From Camelus ferus (Eukaryota), in contig NC_045697.1 in the NCBI RefSeq assembly GCF_009834535.1, forward strand, positions 96,164,001 to 96,228,000: 64,000 nt of DNA, in the 5' to 3' direction. Within the stretch, counting starts at the first letter, position 1, and every line of letters begins with the position of its first letter. The translations under genes and the position numbers were made by a program. Shown one piece after another: positions 39,092 to 53,300 of this stretch. The notes under the pieces were generated by a model, which worked only from the letters and a program-made list of their open reading frames with translations, made no database searches and was not told the DNA's origin.

Positions 39092-40669
39092 CTTTAAAGA
39101 AAAAATTCATGGAAAGAAACTTGCCACACATTCCAAAGAAAGTGGTAAAAATATTTTCATTTGACTCTAGAGTAAACTTTATTACTCATAACTAAAGCAA
39201 GGCCAGATTATTGCAGTGTAACACTACCCTTCAGGTAGAAGAGTCTCTGATTCCTCATTGGCAGCAACCTTTATTTTAGACCAAGTCATTCAAACTGCCA
39301 TACGACACCAGTCTCTGTTCCCTTGAGTATTTCCAACTTGGAGAGCCAAAGTGTAAGAGAAATCACATGTCAACCGTCACTTTCAAAAGTAGAAGAAAAA
39401 AATTAACATAGTTTTACCATTTAAGAGTATAAAATGTAGAACTATAAGAACTGGTTTAAAATAACATGAAAATTTTAAGAATATTCACATAGCATTAAAT
39501 AAGTACATTACATTCCCTTGCACTTTGATCGGATTTCATTCAATCTCTGAATGTGTTATCATTTTGAATATAATTATATGGGTTATTTTCCATTGTTGAA
39601 AAAATTGATGTATTTTCTTGATTATCCATTTTAGCCTAATGACTTATACAAGCTATTACACAGAAAATCACAGATATAGTCACTTTACCTTTAAAGTAAA
39701 AGCATCATTGATGTTATTAATCATGCAACATCATTAGTAGAGGGAAAAACAATCCACCATATTGACAAAACCCTCAATGATAGAATAATAAAATGCAAGA
39801 TGAATTGGGAGTGAAAAACTTGTTAAACTAGAGAAAGTTGACAGCTTTAGTTGCCATGACATTTGTTTGTTTTCTCTGCCACTTAGGCCGGAATGTCTTT
39901 TGGCTTAGAACCAGATTAGAGATCTGATGTTATCTGAGATTTTTAATTTTGTTCCCTAGGATAGTCAAGTATTTTTTGAAAGATTATTTAATTTGAGATG
40001 TCTCAGATGGAAAATCCTTAGATTAAATGTTTCTATAACTTTTGTTCTAATCTGTTTAGAAGACCAACAATATATTTTTACCTACCCCATCAACTCATAT
40101 AGTTAGAATAAAGTGCATGATATTTTAGTTTTCTATTGAATTTCTGATGCAAATTTTACTGAAATCTGAGTTAAAACCTAGATTTATACATATTTCAAAG
40201 CCTAACTATTCAACAATGTCACAAGTTTACATTTTTTAAAGAGTTACTAAAATTTCTTATTATATTGAGCATGCCTTTGCATTCACTGTATATTTCTTGA
40301 AAATCAGAGCCACATATATATAGATGAAACCAATCAAGCAGGTGAAATTTCACTATTGAAATCTATCATAATATGTTTTGTAAAATTATACAGGTGTTGC
40401 ATAAACATTTACTTTGTACATTTTTAAAATAAATTATTAACTAATGGTCATATTTTCAGGTAATGTGTTTGATATTACTTGCTACTAAATCTTGAGACAT
40501 AGGTAAATACATAATAGTTTATTGGTATATATATTTTTTAAAGTTCAAGGTGATCCTAAGATCAAAATCATTGAGAACACTTTCTCTAAGTACATCATTC
40601 AGCACTTCTCTAGGGAACATAAGAAAAACATCTTGACTAAATGACCAGACATCCTTTCTTTCAACAGGT

Positions 40670-41800
40670 AACATGTGCTAGGCTTGGGGATCCAACAGAG
40701 CAAAACAGACAAAAGTTTATGCACTAGAATAGTTTCATTCTATTGGGGGAGACTGGTAATAAGTTTACAACATACATAAGTGTAGAGTGTATCAGGAGTA
40801 AAGATAAGGAATGCCGAGGAAAATTCAAAATTATATGATACTTAGGGGAAAAACTCATTCAAAGAAGAAGGGGGTGTGAGGTCTGCAGCTATCTGGAGGA
40901 AGTGACCTATAAAAAAGAGAAACACCCACAATAGTGATGCTTGAGGGTAAGAAGGTGCTGACCTGCATGTCCTGGGAAACTCAAAGAGGCCAGGGTAACT
41001 TGGCAGAGTGAAGAGTGGTGAAAGTAGTAGATGAAATAAAAGGGCTAACAATTGATAATCAGTTAGTCCTTTTAAGGACTTGGATTTTACTCTAATTGAG
41101 ATGAGAAACTAATTAATAATATTGAGTGTAGAACTGACATGATACCGCTTGCATTTTTAACAAAATTACTCTAATTGTTACTGTGATAATAGATGATATA
41201 GGTCCCAGATTTGAAGCAGGCTATCTAAATAAAGAGATAGTCAACAAACTTGGCAAAAATGTTTGCTGGTTATACTCAGGGTATAGTAATGATGGCAATG
41301 TGACAAGGACATAACCAGGATCTGGCTATATTTTGAAGGCAGAACCAGCAGGAATATCAATTTGAGAAAAAAAGAAAATCAAGAGTAACTCCATGATTTT
41401 CAGCTGCTTGCAGGGTTGTATCACCTGGAAAGGCGAAAGCTACATGAAAAGAAGATATGAGTTGGGGGGTATAAGGATTTCCATTTGGCACATACTAAAT
41501 TTGAGATACCTGTTAGTCAGTGAGTATATCAAACAGGCAGGTGTATTTCAGGAAAGAACTTTAGAGTTGAGATAAATATTTTGGAGTGGTCAACATACAG
41601 TTGATATTTAAAGCCATAGAACTAAATTTGATCACCTATCAAGAGTGAGTAGAAAGAGAAGTCCATAGACTGAATTCTTAGGAAACTTGATATTAAGAAA
41701 CTAGGGTAATGGAGAAGGACCCGTCAATAAGATATACAGAATGGCCAGTGAAAGCCAAGAGAAAGTGGTAACTGCATACTAAATAGTGACAGTTTTCGGA
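40670..41800 (-). mobile_element. L2 LINE remnant
   Basis: tgtgctaggcttggggat...acagacaaaag and further L2 antisense motifs. Confidence 0.7.
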
Positions 41801-42274
41801 ACAAGAGGTAGTGAACAACATTCTTTATTGATTTAGAAAAGCAACTAATCACACCACCTAAGAAAAGTTGAAGAATTCAATTCAGAGCTTTATTTTAAAG
41901 CATTAGAAGTTTCAAGGATTTTTAGGTTTTCCAAGCCATTATGTTATTCTTCAGGATGTTTCTAATAAAGGAGAAGGGCATTATAATGTCTTTATATTAA
42001 CTTTAAGATATAGGAATGTTATTATCTGGCTTAATATCTCATTATAAATCCATGAGGATTTTAAAATAAAATTAACATGTCCATATGGAAAGTTATCAGA
42101 AAGTCATTGCAACCATTGTGAAAAAGATACTGGACAAAATATGTACTATTGAAGCTAAAAGCACAAGTACACTACAAAATATTGTGCTTTTTTTAAACTA
42201 AAGTTTATTGTGTACCAAAATTCCTGTTTTAAGAATAATATTTTAAAAATTATTGCTACCTCTTTCTTACTCAC

Positions 42275-42323
42275 TTGGATTCATTAGCTTATGTAAGCAT
42301 TAGCATATTTTTAAGAAAATAAC
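42275..42323 (-). pseudogene. Exon-like segment, phase 1->2 (YFLKNMLMLT*ANES)
   Basis: Acceptor atatttttag, donor CAA|gtgagt; 49 nt; one stop. Confidence 0.45.
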
Positions 42324-42993
42324 CTAAAAATATATGATTTTGCCTCTTAGTAAATGTTTTATATTGGAACATCTACTTTGTAGGGCAGCCTGTTAGTATA
42401 AATTAAAGTAAGTATATGGATTCTATCATTTGTAATATACCCTGAGTATGTATACTTTTATAAACACAGAAGTGTATATACTGCCATTTACTTAATACCA
42501 TTCACATTAGCAAAAAATGGAACCACCGTCAATTTTTAGAGACTGGAGATTAACAATGAATGATGGTTATATCCATCCTATGGAGTACTATATAGTAAGA
42601 GAATAAATCAGCTAGGTAAATTAGTGGATTACTAAGATACCAGTTAGTAGAAAAAGACGTCTTACAAAATTATAGGTACATTATATTACAATTCATGTTA
42701 CATATTTTTTCTTCAGGTTCATATAACCCTGTGTGTATTTTTGTAAAAATACGCAGATTATTGATAAATTTATTAGCCTTTGAAAAGAAGACTAGGATGT
42801 TAGTAGTCCATTTTGAGTGAGATTTTGAATGATTTTGATTGAAAATATATTCATGCATTGCTAGTATGGTCAAACATTTTAAAAAAGAATGTACAGTATC
42901 ACATTCTGTATTTTAAGGAATGAACAAAGCAGTATTATTTCCTATATAAATACACTGATAGGTTTAGCCACAAAAATTGAGCACCTTACTTAC

Positions 42994-43108
42994 GATTTTG
43001 TCTTTACAAACATGTAACATAGACTTTATTATTTCTTTACCAGCTGATGACTTAATCAGATCTCATGTTGTTGCTATTCTCATTTAAAGATTCTGTTGAT
43101 TGTTTATT
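42994..43108 (-). pseudogene. Exon-like segment, phase 0->1, three stops (NKQSTESLNENSNNMRSD*VISW*RNNKVYVTCL*RQN)
   Basis: Acceptor tatatttag, strong donor ATC|gtaagt; 115 nt. Confidence 0.4.
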
Positions 43109-43476
43109 CTAAATATAATTATAGATGTAATAGACTGGTTAATCTAGTAAACTCAATTTCTATCTTTCTGTTACAATTTAGAAAAAGTGAATCATTTCAT
43201 TTACCCAAAAGCCAGAAACCTAGTTAAAGTACCTAAGTATTAGAAAAAATTATATTAAAAATAGCACTTAAACTAGAGATATATAGACAGTCTTCACCTA
43301 GAATTATGGAGGTAAAAGTTAAAAGCTTATCTACTGCTTTTTAATATGTAATTATTTATTTTTAAAATGCATAGAATAAGATAGAATTAATGACTTGATG
43401 ATACTTCGAAGTCAGTTTTTCATGTCTTCAGAGTCTCTCTTCTTCCAGAACCATTGTTATTTCCTGGGTCACATAC

Positions 43477-43533
43477 TGCTATAAGTGTATACAAAAGACA
43501 AAGTATAGGCAAAGGGCAAAGCATGGCTGATGT
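43477..43533 (-). pseudogene. Putative first coding exon, signal peptide MLCPLPILCLLYTLIA
   Basis: Acceptor tttgcag; gccATG at 43524; 16 mostly hydrophobic codons; donor GCA|gtatgt, phase 0. Confidence 0.5.
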
Positions 43534-44249
43534 CTGCAAATCTAATATACGTACACAGAAGTACAAATTTTTATCATCTACGTGACAAACATTTTTTATA
43601 TGTAACAGCGTCTTAAAACAAAAAGCTAAACAACAAAAAAAGATGCCTTTTTTCTCATTTCCTGAGTGGCAGAGAAATTTAGGAAAATTATTTGGAATAT
43701 ACAATTTAAACTGACCTTCCAAATATGTATTGAGTACATAAATAAACAAAATTGAAAAATGTATTTCACTATTTACAATCATGAATATAAATATTCTGCA
43801 TGTATTCTGAGTAATATGAAAATGTGGCATATTTATTAATAGTAATCTTGGCCAAGTTTGCCAAAGATTTAATTATTTAGATATCAAGGTGGGCCTCAGG
43901 ATTCAAATATTCTTGGGGTCTGTTACTACTAAGGATGCTAAAGAGCTAGGCCAAAATCTTCTAAAGGGCAGAGTAAAGTCTCTTTCTGATTCCTAATGTT
44001 TTTGGGAAACAGAAGCTGTTGGGAGTGAATCTGTCTTCAGCAAACTGCTGAACTTCCTCTTAAGATACTTTTAAGATTTCAAAACTGAATTTAGTAGAAG
44101 GTTGCAGAACAAGGGTAGAATATTTTTAGGGCAAAATTGGATCTTACCTATTGCTTCAGAAACTTGCTTGAGAATTGGAAACAAAGCAGAGTATCCCTAA
44201 CCTAGCTCAATTCTTGATAGGATTAAAGTAAATAGCCCTTTTGTGGGGG

Positions 44250-46700
44250 AAAAAACTGTCTGGAACTTTTATTATTATTATGTACACAGTTTTCAATTGA
44301 ATTAAAAAATACTAGACATTCAAATAAGCAAAAAATATGTCTTATATTCAATAGAAAACATAATAATAATTTTTTAAAAAGGGTTAGGAATGATCCAGAT
44401 GGCTAAGAGGTCCAAGTAATGGACACGGAATTTACATAACTCTGATTAATGTTTTTAAAAACAAAAACAAGTAGAAGACGCTATTTGGAGTTTCACAAGA
44501 GGATTGGATGTATTAAAGAGTATTTAAAACATAATGATTTTTAGGACTAAATGGGTGAATTTAATAAAATAGTGGAAATAAAACATCAAATCAAGAAATA
44601 TGAAGATAGGAAATTAGAAAACAGACAAAACTAAAGACAAACTAAAGACAAAACAAAAAAACAAACAAAAAACCCAGAGAAATAAATGGGAAAAAGAGAG
44701 AGATGTGGGGCTTGCGTATGTGTTCTCATATTTATATTAGTGGACTTAATAGAAGAAGACAGTAAAAATAATGGGAATGAAGCAATATTCAACAAAGTAA
44801 TGATCAAGAATTTTCTAAAACTGATAAAAAATGTCACACCATATATTCAGAATACTAAGCAAACTCGAGAGAGAAAATATATATATTTGTATATATATAT
44901 ATATAATTACAAACCGGTTCTCTCATGAAGCAAAATCCACATACTATATTGAAAATTTAAATCCAGAGATTTTAAGCAAAGATGAAACATTGGAACGAAA
45001 CTGGATTCATTCCACAAATGTAAGATTCATTGAACTTTGGAAAGACAATCAATGTAATTCACCAAATAGACTTGCAGAATGATCATTTGCTAAAATTCGA
45101 GAACCTAGGTAAGGTCATGATTCTTAGCAAACTAGAAATAAATCACATCCTCTTAACCTAATATATTATCTATAAGAGTTCTTGCTAGAACATTATACTT
45201 AGTAGTATTTATTAATGTATTTTATCACTCAGAACCAAATAAGACAATTACTATTTCCCCTTCTACTCAATGTTACACTGATATTTAACAGAACAATAAA
45301 CACAAGAAGATTAAACATCAAAGGATTTGTGACCTGATAGTTTCTAGTATTGCTATAGAATTTGAAAGTTACAGACAGATCTTCACTCCAATTTGATGGG
45401 AGCAAAGAAATTCTGAACAAGAAAAAGAAGTAAAAACAAACTAAATAAAATATAGAGACATGGGAAAGATCAGAAACAAAGAAACATAAATGTAATCAAT
45501 ATTACAGCTAAATTGTCACTGAAGAATAAGCAAATGTATGTTTTCAGCCAACACTGAGTTTAACACTCAGATATTTGCTGAAAAGATAATAAAGCAGGAA
45601 CTTCATTATATAGAAATCTAATCCTAGGAAAAATGGGGTGCAAAACACAATGCTGAGATGGAGAATAAAACTAAACATTTTGATAAATATAAGTTCAGGC
45701 TTTTAATTTTAAGGAACACTGCTAACTATATAGTTAAGATAGTATTATCTTAAAAGTAATAACTAATATGTAAGAAAAAATAACATAACATATTGAAAGG
45801 AGATGTGGGAATTATAAATTAGGTTGGCATTCCAGTGCATGTGTGCTCATGTGCTGTTTGGGAGGAGAACAGTGGGGTTGGCTGAATTTATGATACTTTT
45901 AGGAATATGTACATGTTAAAATATAAGAAGGGAGATAAATAGTATATTAAATATTTAACTTCCAAAAATGTAAGAAACAGAAAATATTGTCTGACATATA
46001 AAAAAAAAACTATCAAAACAGCAGGAAGCTGAAAGAAAGTAATGAGAACCTCCCTCCCTGACCACACACATACAAAAATAATATAGTCAATAGAAAATGG
46101 AAAATAAGCCAAAAGCAGCAAGTCTAAATTATCAGTAATCATCACAAATAAATATGGTTTTAACTAGTTGATTAAAAGAAGGATTTTCAGATTTTAATTT
46201 TCACATCTCTTGCTATTTTATAACATAGCAACTTAATGACAGAAAGATGGAAATTAAATGAAAAAGATTTAATTAGAAAATATTAACAGAAAGAAAACTG
46301 ACATAGTTTTAATAATATTGGAGTAGACTTTTTGGTAAATATGTATTGGAGATAACCAACATTCTTAAACTACTGCTAAAATGAATATTTCAGCAGGCAG
46401 GTATAACATAAAGCAAAAACTAACATAGTCACAAAGAAAGTGGACATCCAAACTGTGCTAGAAACCATCTTCTGAGACTGGTACATGAAGCAAGCACATG
46501 CATGAGACCAGTTAACCTACAGAGTGTTTAACATCACAATTAACAAATAAGGTTACATATAGAGTCCTGAACACCAAAATCAATTGAAAGCTCTTATAAA
46601 TATATTTCAAATTTGATTTTAAATATAAATTGTATTATATAAAGAGACATTTGTTTTAATTCAGAAAAATATACTATGATCTTATTCTTGGGCATATAGA
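44250..46700 (+). mobile_element. Ancient fragmented L1 (ORF1/ORF2 remnants)
   Basis: A-rich strand bias; degenerate ORF1 peptide EAIFNKVMIKNFLKL. Confidence 0.55.
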
Positions 46701-46869
46701 AAGGAGAACTTAATTTGACACTGAAAATGTTTTAGTGCTTAGAGAGGCAGGAAAATCAAAAAGGGATGTGATATTTTGGGGTAAAGATTGGTAAATGAGT
46801 ATAACTAGAACTTCCCCCTGAGAAATGTAAAGAATAGCTAAGTGGTGTAGGTGACACTGATTGGAAGTG

Positions 46870-47090
46870 TGCTTATTAACACAGCAGTTTCCAAAAAGCT
46901 CATACTGCGTGTCCAGCACTCTCCTATCCAGCCTGCATTTATCTACTCACACAGTCCTTACAATGCTAGTGTGCACTTGCCTCCTTTACTGTGAGGATAC
47001 TGAAATAAAAAAAGAGTACAGGTAACACAAGTGACCTATGTTAACCCCAATGTGAGGAGCAGACTGGAGTTTAAATCCTGGCATTTGGAT
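46870..47090 (-). mobile_element. MIR
   Basis: tttactgtgaggatactga...ggagtttaaatcctggca. Confidence 0.5.
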
Positions 47091-48181
47091 TATTATTAGG
47101 AGTAAGGAAGTGATTTATTTTCCAAATGAGAAGTGTTTTATAGAGGGTAATTCAGGAAAATGAAGTAGCTAAAGTTTTCTTGTGATTCAAAATTATACAA
47201 GGATTATCTTTTGTACCACTTTTTCTTTATAATTTTTATTCTGTGTCGTTACCTAAAGGAGAAGACATCAAGAGTAGGCACTGAACTAGGTACCATAAAC
47301 CGATAGCTGGATCTTTCTGGAATAATAGAAGCCTGTACTAAAATAGGGTCATACCTTTAGGTCAGAATATATATTCCTAAACCGAGAGAGGCAGCCTTTT
47401 AGGATACGTAAAACTTAAAAGTACTATGGACTTGAAATTTGTATTTTTACCAAATCTGTTGGTAGTTATAAGTGATTTTATGAACATTATAGTCCACGAC
47501 TAAGCAGAACATGTCATTTTTAAACACAGAGGCAGAAACTACAGGTGAAAAAATGAGAATATGCCCTTAAAAATCTAGGAAGATGAGAATCATTGATATA
47601 TTTGTCCCATCAATGGCTTGAAAGTTAAAAGCCTCATGGGAGGAAGGAGCTAAAGACAAGCCTGAAGTAGGTATGGACGGAGAGATTAGGGATGTCACGT
47701 CTCGCCTTCTAGCTATTGGAAACACTAATCAATTCAGGTTTTTACAAAACCACTGGAAGGGCTAGAGAGTTGATTATTTGGGGGTTTTATTTTTTTAAAT
47801 ATTTTAAAAAACACACAGTAGTGGTGATGAAAGGTCCAGTATGTATATGTTTTACTACAATGATAAATATTCAGACTGTATCATTTTTTAAATACAGCTT
47901 TCTAAGACCCAAGTCCAAATATTCTGATTTCATCTGGTCTCCAGCAGTGCTTAGAATATTCTGTTCTTCTTTCGTAATGACTGCTCTATTTACCTTAGGC
48001 TGGCAATATCCTTAGAAATTGTTTAAGAGAATAACAGTGCTCTAAGAGAATGTCATCCAATTGTCATTTTTCACTCCACTAATATCTAAGTAGTATTTTG
48101 TGCTATATTCTCTTCTCGATCTTAAGTATACAAAAGTGGGTAAGAGGAGGAACACAGATTTTCCTGAGGTAATTCACATTC

Positions 48182-48557
48182 TCTTATGGACTGAATGTTT
48201 GTGTCCCCCCCAAATTCCTGTGTTTAATCCCTACCCTAATGTATGGTATTAGGAGATGAGGCATTTGTTTCATAGGTAATCAGAATTAGATAAGGTTATG
48301 AGGTTGGAGTCTTCATATACAGGATTAGTGCCTTTATAAGAGTCAAGAGAGAGTCTGTGTCCTCTCTCTGCTCTGTACTATGTGAGGATACAAGAAGTGA
48401 GCCACCTGCAACCTTGGAAGAGGGCTCTCACCAGAACCTGACCATGCTGGCACCCTGATCTCAGACTTTCAGCCTCCCGAATTGTGAAAAATAAATTTCT
48501 GTTGTTTATAAGCCACCCAGCCTATGGCACTTTGTTATAGCAGCCCAAACTAGGACA
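48182..48557 (+). mobile_element. MaLR solo LTR (MLT1A-like) with 5-bp TSD
   Basis: ttatggactgaatgtttgtgtcccc...ttgttatagcagcccaaactaggaca; TSD cattc at 48177-48181 and 48558-48562. Confidence 0.9.
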
Positions 48558-50359
48558 CATTCCAGTTTTACCTACCAGCTAAGGTCATTTCTTTCACAGA
48601 CATCCGGATGTTTGAAGTGGTTGGGCCCATCTCAACCAATGCGACTCTCTGGTTATTTCAGCTGTGATAGTTATAGCTTATGAAAAACCAACTAAAGAAA
48701 TCAAACAAATTAAAATAATTTGACCATCACAATTATTACATTGATTTAGCTCTTTCATTCAATGTTAAATCTACAAACTGTAGTTTTACTGTTTCTTGAC
48801 TTTAAAATACTAAGCTGGGGACATTGAAGTATAGAGCAGAATAATGATGAAGCCACAGTGATGCAAGGTAGGACTACATAGAAGTAGATGTAATAGAGAA
48901 AGCACAAAAACCTGTGCCTGGATGAAAGTCTGCGAGAGGCATTCTCTTCACTGACTGATTCAGCAGTCTCACTGCATGTCATGCCTACTTACATTCTAGC
49001 TTCTCCTATTAATTAAAACATATGTCAGAATCATCAGGATTTATTTTCAGGAAACAAAAGTTACTCTTTTTGAAGCACAAATGAGTTTAGGTTTTTTACA
49101 AAATTATTGGGAAATTATGGGAAATTGTTTCTTGGCTGTGTCTCAACAGTTGCTCCTAAAGCAGCACTCCAAATGTGGCCTTCCATGGGAGCTGGCCTCA
49201 TAGGGGAGGTAGACTCAGGAGCAAGCCCTGTCCCTGCTGACTTCAGGAGCACATTACAGTAGTTGCGATCCCAAGATCTAGAAGCTGGCCTCTCCTGAAC
49301 TCCTCTCAGTGATCATAAAACGAATAATTGGACACCAAACCACTGCTGCAGAAAATCCCAACGATTCCATAACCTTGCTTGCCAGCAGGAAACAGGCAAA
49401 ACCAAAAAAGAATGCCTCGACCTCGCTTTCACCTTCCATATCTTTTGCATATGCATCTAATAGGCAAAACCTAATTTGTATCCAGAGCCTATAAATCTCC
49501 AGTGTCTACAGGAAAAGAATGTGCAGTATCCCAAATTTGAAATGGATACTTAGTGCCAATTTATCCTGTCCTTAATAATCTGAGCCAGGAAAGCAACTTG
49601 GAGAAGGGCTCTGTTGATTGGAAATTGTTTAACACAAATAGTAAAAGGAAATATTCTTGGAGATTATTTACCTCCTATGATTAACAGACTTCATTGCTTA
49701 GGACTTTTTGCTGCTAGCAGATAAGCATTTAAAATTTTTTAATTAAATGCATTCACATTACCATTTGAATAATTGATAGTCTCCCCTCCAATTTCAGTTA
49801 GTTGTTTTAAAATGTCTTTCTTACCATAAATTAATCTCCAATTAGCAGATTGATGTGGGGAAGATACATACATGGGTCTTTATTTTCACAAGCCTTGCTT
49901 GTCAGAATTAGAGTAAGAAACTTGGCAACTTACTTCAAATATATGCCAACTGCTTTATAAATGCCACAGAAGCTCCAAATCATATTCCGTGAATGATAAA
50001 TTTCCTGAATGAAGGAAACTGCAATGGTATTCCTAAAATACAATTCATCCAAGTCTTACTATGTTATTTAGTAGAGTTATGCTACTACTAAACTTGACTA
50101 CACATCAAGATTAAAGTATAATTTTCTTAAAATACATAACGTGAAGTCTATGTCCCTGTTCATAATAACAAAGATGAATAGACTCTCATTATCAAAATAA
50201 AAGCTAAGCTGTATCTTCTTTCTGGGTTCTTGCTACACAAATTTTTATATACTTTGATATTTATACACATTCATGTCTCCCTCCTTCTTTGCCATTGTCC
50301 GTCAGTGGTAAAATTAAACTTTCAGATGTTTTTAAAAATACTTTATATGAAAAATTTGA

Positions 50360-53300
50360 TAGGAGCACCTAAGTACATACAAGAATTACTAACAGAGATA
50401 AAGGGGGATATTGATGGGAATACAATCATAGTTGGAGATTTTAACACTGCATTAACATCACTAGACAGATCTTTCAGACAGAAAATAAACAAGGCAACAG
50501 AGAAATTAAATACTACAATAGAAAAACTAGATTTGGTGGATATTTTCAGAGCATTACACCCCCCAAAAATAGGATGTACATTCTTTTCAAGTACACATGG
50601 AACATTTTCCAGGATCGATCATGTACTTGGGCACAAAAGAAACCTCAACAATTTTAAGAAGATAGAAATTGTCTCAAGCATCTTTACTGACCACAATGCC
50701 ATGAAACTAGAAATCAACAACAGAGAAACAAAGGAGAAAAAAAGGAAACTATGGAGATTAAACAATATGTTATTGAAAAAACAATGGATCAATGAGGAAA
50801 TCAAAGCTGAAATTAAAAAATACCTTGAGACAAATGATAATGAAAGCACAACCACTCAAAACCTATGGGACACAGCAAAGGCAGTGCTAAGAGGGAAGTT
50901 TATAGTGATACAGGCCTTCCTCAAAAAAGAAGAACGATCTCAAATAAACAATTTAACCCACCACCTGAATGAATTAGAAAAAGAAGAACAAAAAGCCCCA
51001 AAAAGCAGCAGAAGGAAGGAAATAATAAAGATCAGAGAGGAATTAAATACAATAGAGATTAACAAGACCACAGAAAAAAATCAACCAAACCAAAAGCTGG
51101 TTTTTTGAAAAAGTAAATAAAATCGACAAACCTCTGGCCAAACTCACAAAGAAGAAAAAAGAGAGAGCACAAATTAGCAAAATAAGAAAGGAAAATGGAG
51201 AAATTACAACACACAAAATAGAAATACAGAATATCATACGAGAATATTATGAAAAACTATATGGAACCAAACTGGATAACCTAGAGGAGATGGACAAGTT
51301 TCTGGAAACATACTGTCCACCAAAACTGAATCAAGAAGAATCTGAACACTTGAACAATCCGATCACTAGAAAGGAAATAGAAATAGCAATTAAAAACCTC
51401 CCTACAAATAAAAGTCCAGGACCAGACGGCTTCACCGGGGAATTCTACCAAACATACAAAGAAGAACTCATACCAGTCCTTATCAAACTCTTCCAGACGA
51501 TTGAAAAGGAGGGAATACTCCCAAACTCATTCTATGAAGCCACCATCACCCTGATACCAAAACCAGGCAAAGACTCTACAAAAAAAAGAGAATTATAGGC
51601 CAATATCACTGATGAACATAGACGCCAAAATCCTCACCAAAATTTTAGCAAATAGAATCCTACAACACATAAAAAAGATTATACATCATGACCAAGTGGG
51701 GTTCATCCCAGGGACACAAGGCTGGTTCAACATATGCAAATCAATCAATGTAATACATCACATCAACAAGAAAAAGGACAAAAATCACATGATCATCTCA
51801 ATAGATGCAGAAAAAGCATTTGATAAAATTCAACACCCATTTATGATAAAAACTCTCGCCAAAGTGGGTATAGAGGGAACATATCTCAACATAATAAAAG
51901 CTATATATGACAAACCTACAGCCAGCATAGTACTCAACGGTGAAAAACTCAAAAGCTTCCCACTAAAATCTGGGAGAAGACAAGGATGCCCACTATCACC
52001 ACTCCTATTCAACATAGTCCTGGAAGTCCTAGCCACAGCAGTCAGGCAAGAGAAAGAAATAAAAGGGATCCAAATTGGAAAAGAAGAGGTAAAAGTGTCA
52101 TTATATGCTGATGACATGTTACTATATATAGAAAACCCTAAAAGGTCCACACAGAAGCTACTAGAGCTGATTGAAGAATTCAGCAAGGTAGCAGGTTACA
52201 AAATTAACGTTCAAAAATCAGTTGCATTTCTTTACACTAACGATAAATCAACAGAAGAAGAAAGTAAAGAAACAATCCCCTTTAAAATAGCACCCAAAGT
52301 AATAAAATATCTGGGAATAAACCTAACCAAGGAGGTGAAAGAATTATACACAGAAGACTATAAACCATTGATGAAGGAAATTAAAGAAGACTTTAAAAAA
52401 TGGAAAGATATTCCATGCTCTTGGATTGGAAGAATCAATATTGTTAAAATGGTCACACTGCCCAAGGCAATCTACAGATTTAATGCAATCCCTATTCAAT
52501 TACCCAGGACATATTTCACAGAACTAGAACAAATCATAATAAAATTTATATGGAACCATCAAAGACCTAGAATTGCCAAAGCATTACTGAAGAGAAAGAA
52601 AGAGGCTGGAGGAATAACTCTCCCAGACTTCAGACAATACTATAGAGCTACAGTCATCAAGACAGCATGGTATTGGTACCAAAACAGACATATAGACCAA
52701 TGGAACAGAATAGAGACCCCAGAAATGAACCCACAAACTTTTGGTCAACTCATCTTTGACAAAGGAGGCAAGAATATACAGTGGAATAAAGACAGTGTCT
52801 TCAGCAAATGGTGTTGGGAAAACTGGACAGCAGCATGTACAGCAATGAAGCTAGAACACTCCCTTACACCATATACAAAAATCAACTCAAAATGGATTAA
52901 AGACTTAAACATAAGACAAGATACAATAAACCTAGAGGAAAACATAGGCAAAACATTATCTGACATACATTTCAAAAATTTTCTCCTAGAAGGAATAAAA
53001 GCAAGAATAAACAATTGGGACCTAATGAAACTTACAAGCTTCTGCACAGCAAAGGAAACCAGAAGTAAAACAAGAAGAAAACCTACGGAATGGGAGAAAA
53101 TTTTTGCAAGTGAAACCGACAAAGGCTTGATCTCCAGAATATATAAGCAGCTCATACGACTCAATAAGAAAAAAATAAACAACCCAATCCAAAAATGGGC
53201 AGAAGACCTAAACAAGCAATTCTCCAAGGAAGACATACAAATGATCAAAAAGCACATGAAAAAATGCTCAATATCACTAATTATCAGAGAAATGCAAATC

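Larger units (their letters stand above)
19330..43533 (-). pseudogene. Decayed multi-exon gene for a putative Ig-superfamily type I membrane protein (signal peptide, Ig-like segments, TM)
   Basis: Minus-strand segments bounded by AG/GT at 43533-43477, 43108-42994, 42323-42275, 39091-39005, 38507-38452, 36842-36756, 32900-32571, 24108-24023, 23014-22756, 21781-21655 and 20335-20288, plus a possible last exon from 19547 with AATAAA at 19335-19330. Phases chain 0,1,2,2,1,1,1 from the ATG. In-frame stops and frameshifts occur in several segments. The Ig assignment is motif-based inference. Confidence 0.55.

Noticed and set aside
39689..39827. Extra minus exon candidate (ctttctctag / AAG|gtaaag)
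   Set aside because: Contains stops and breaks the phase chain; left unassigned.
43420..43830. 136-aa ORF as a single-exon gene
   Set aside because: Only the 3' signal-peptide-like part looks coding; the rest is AT-rich and intron-like.
50230..50359. N-terminal part of the 292-aa ORF
   Set aside because: Flanking DNA fortuitously in frame with truncated L1 ORF2, upstream of the TSD.
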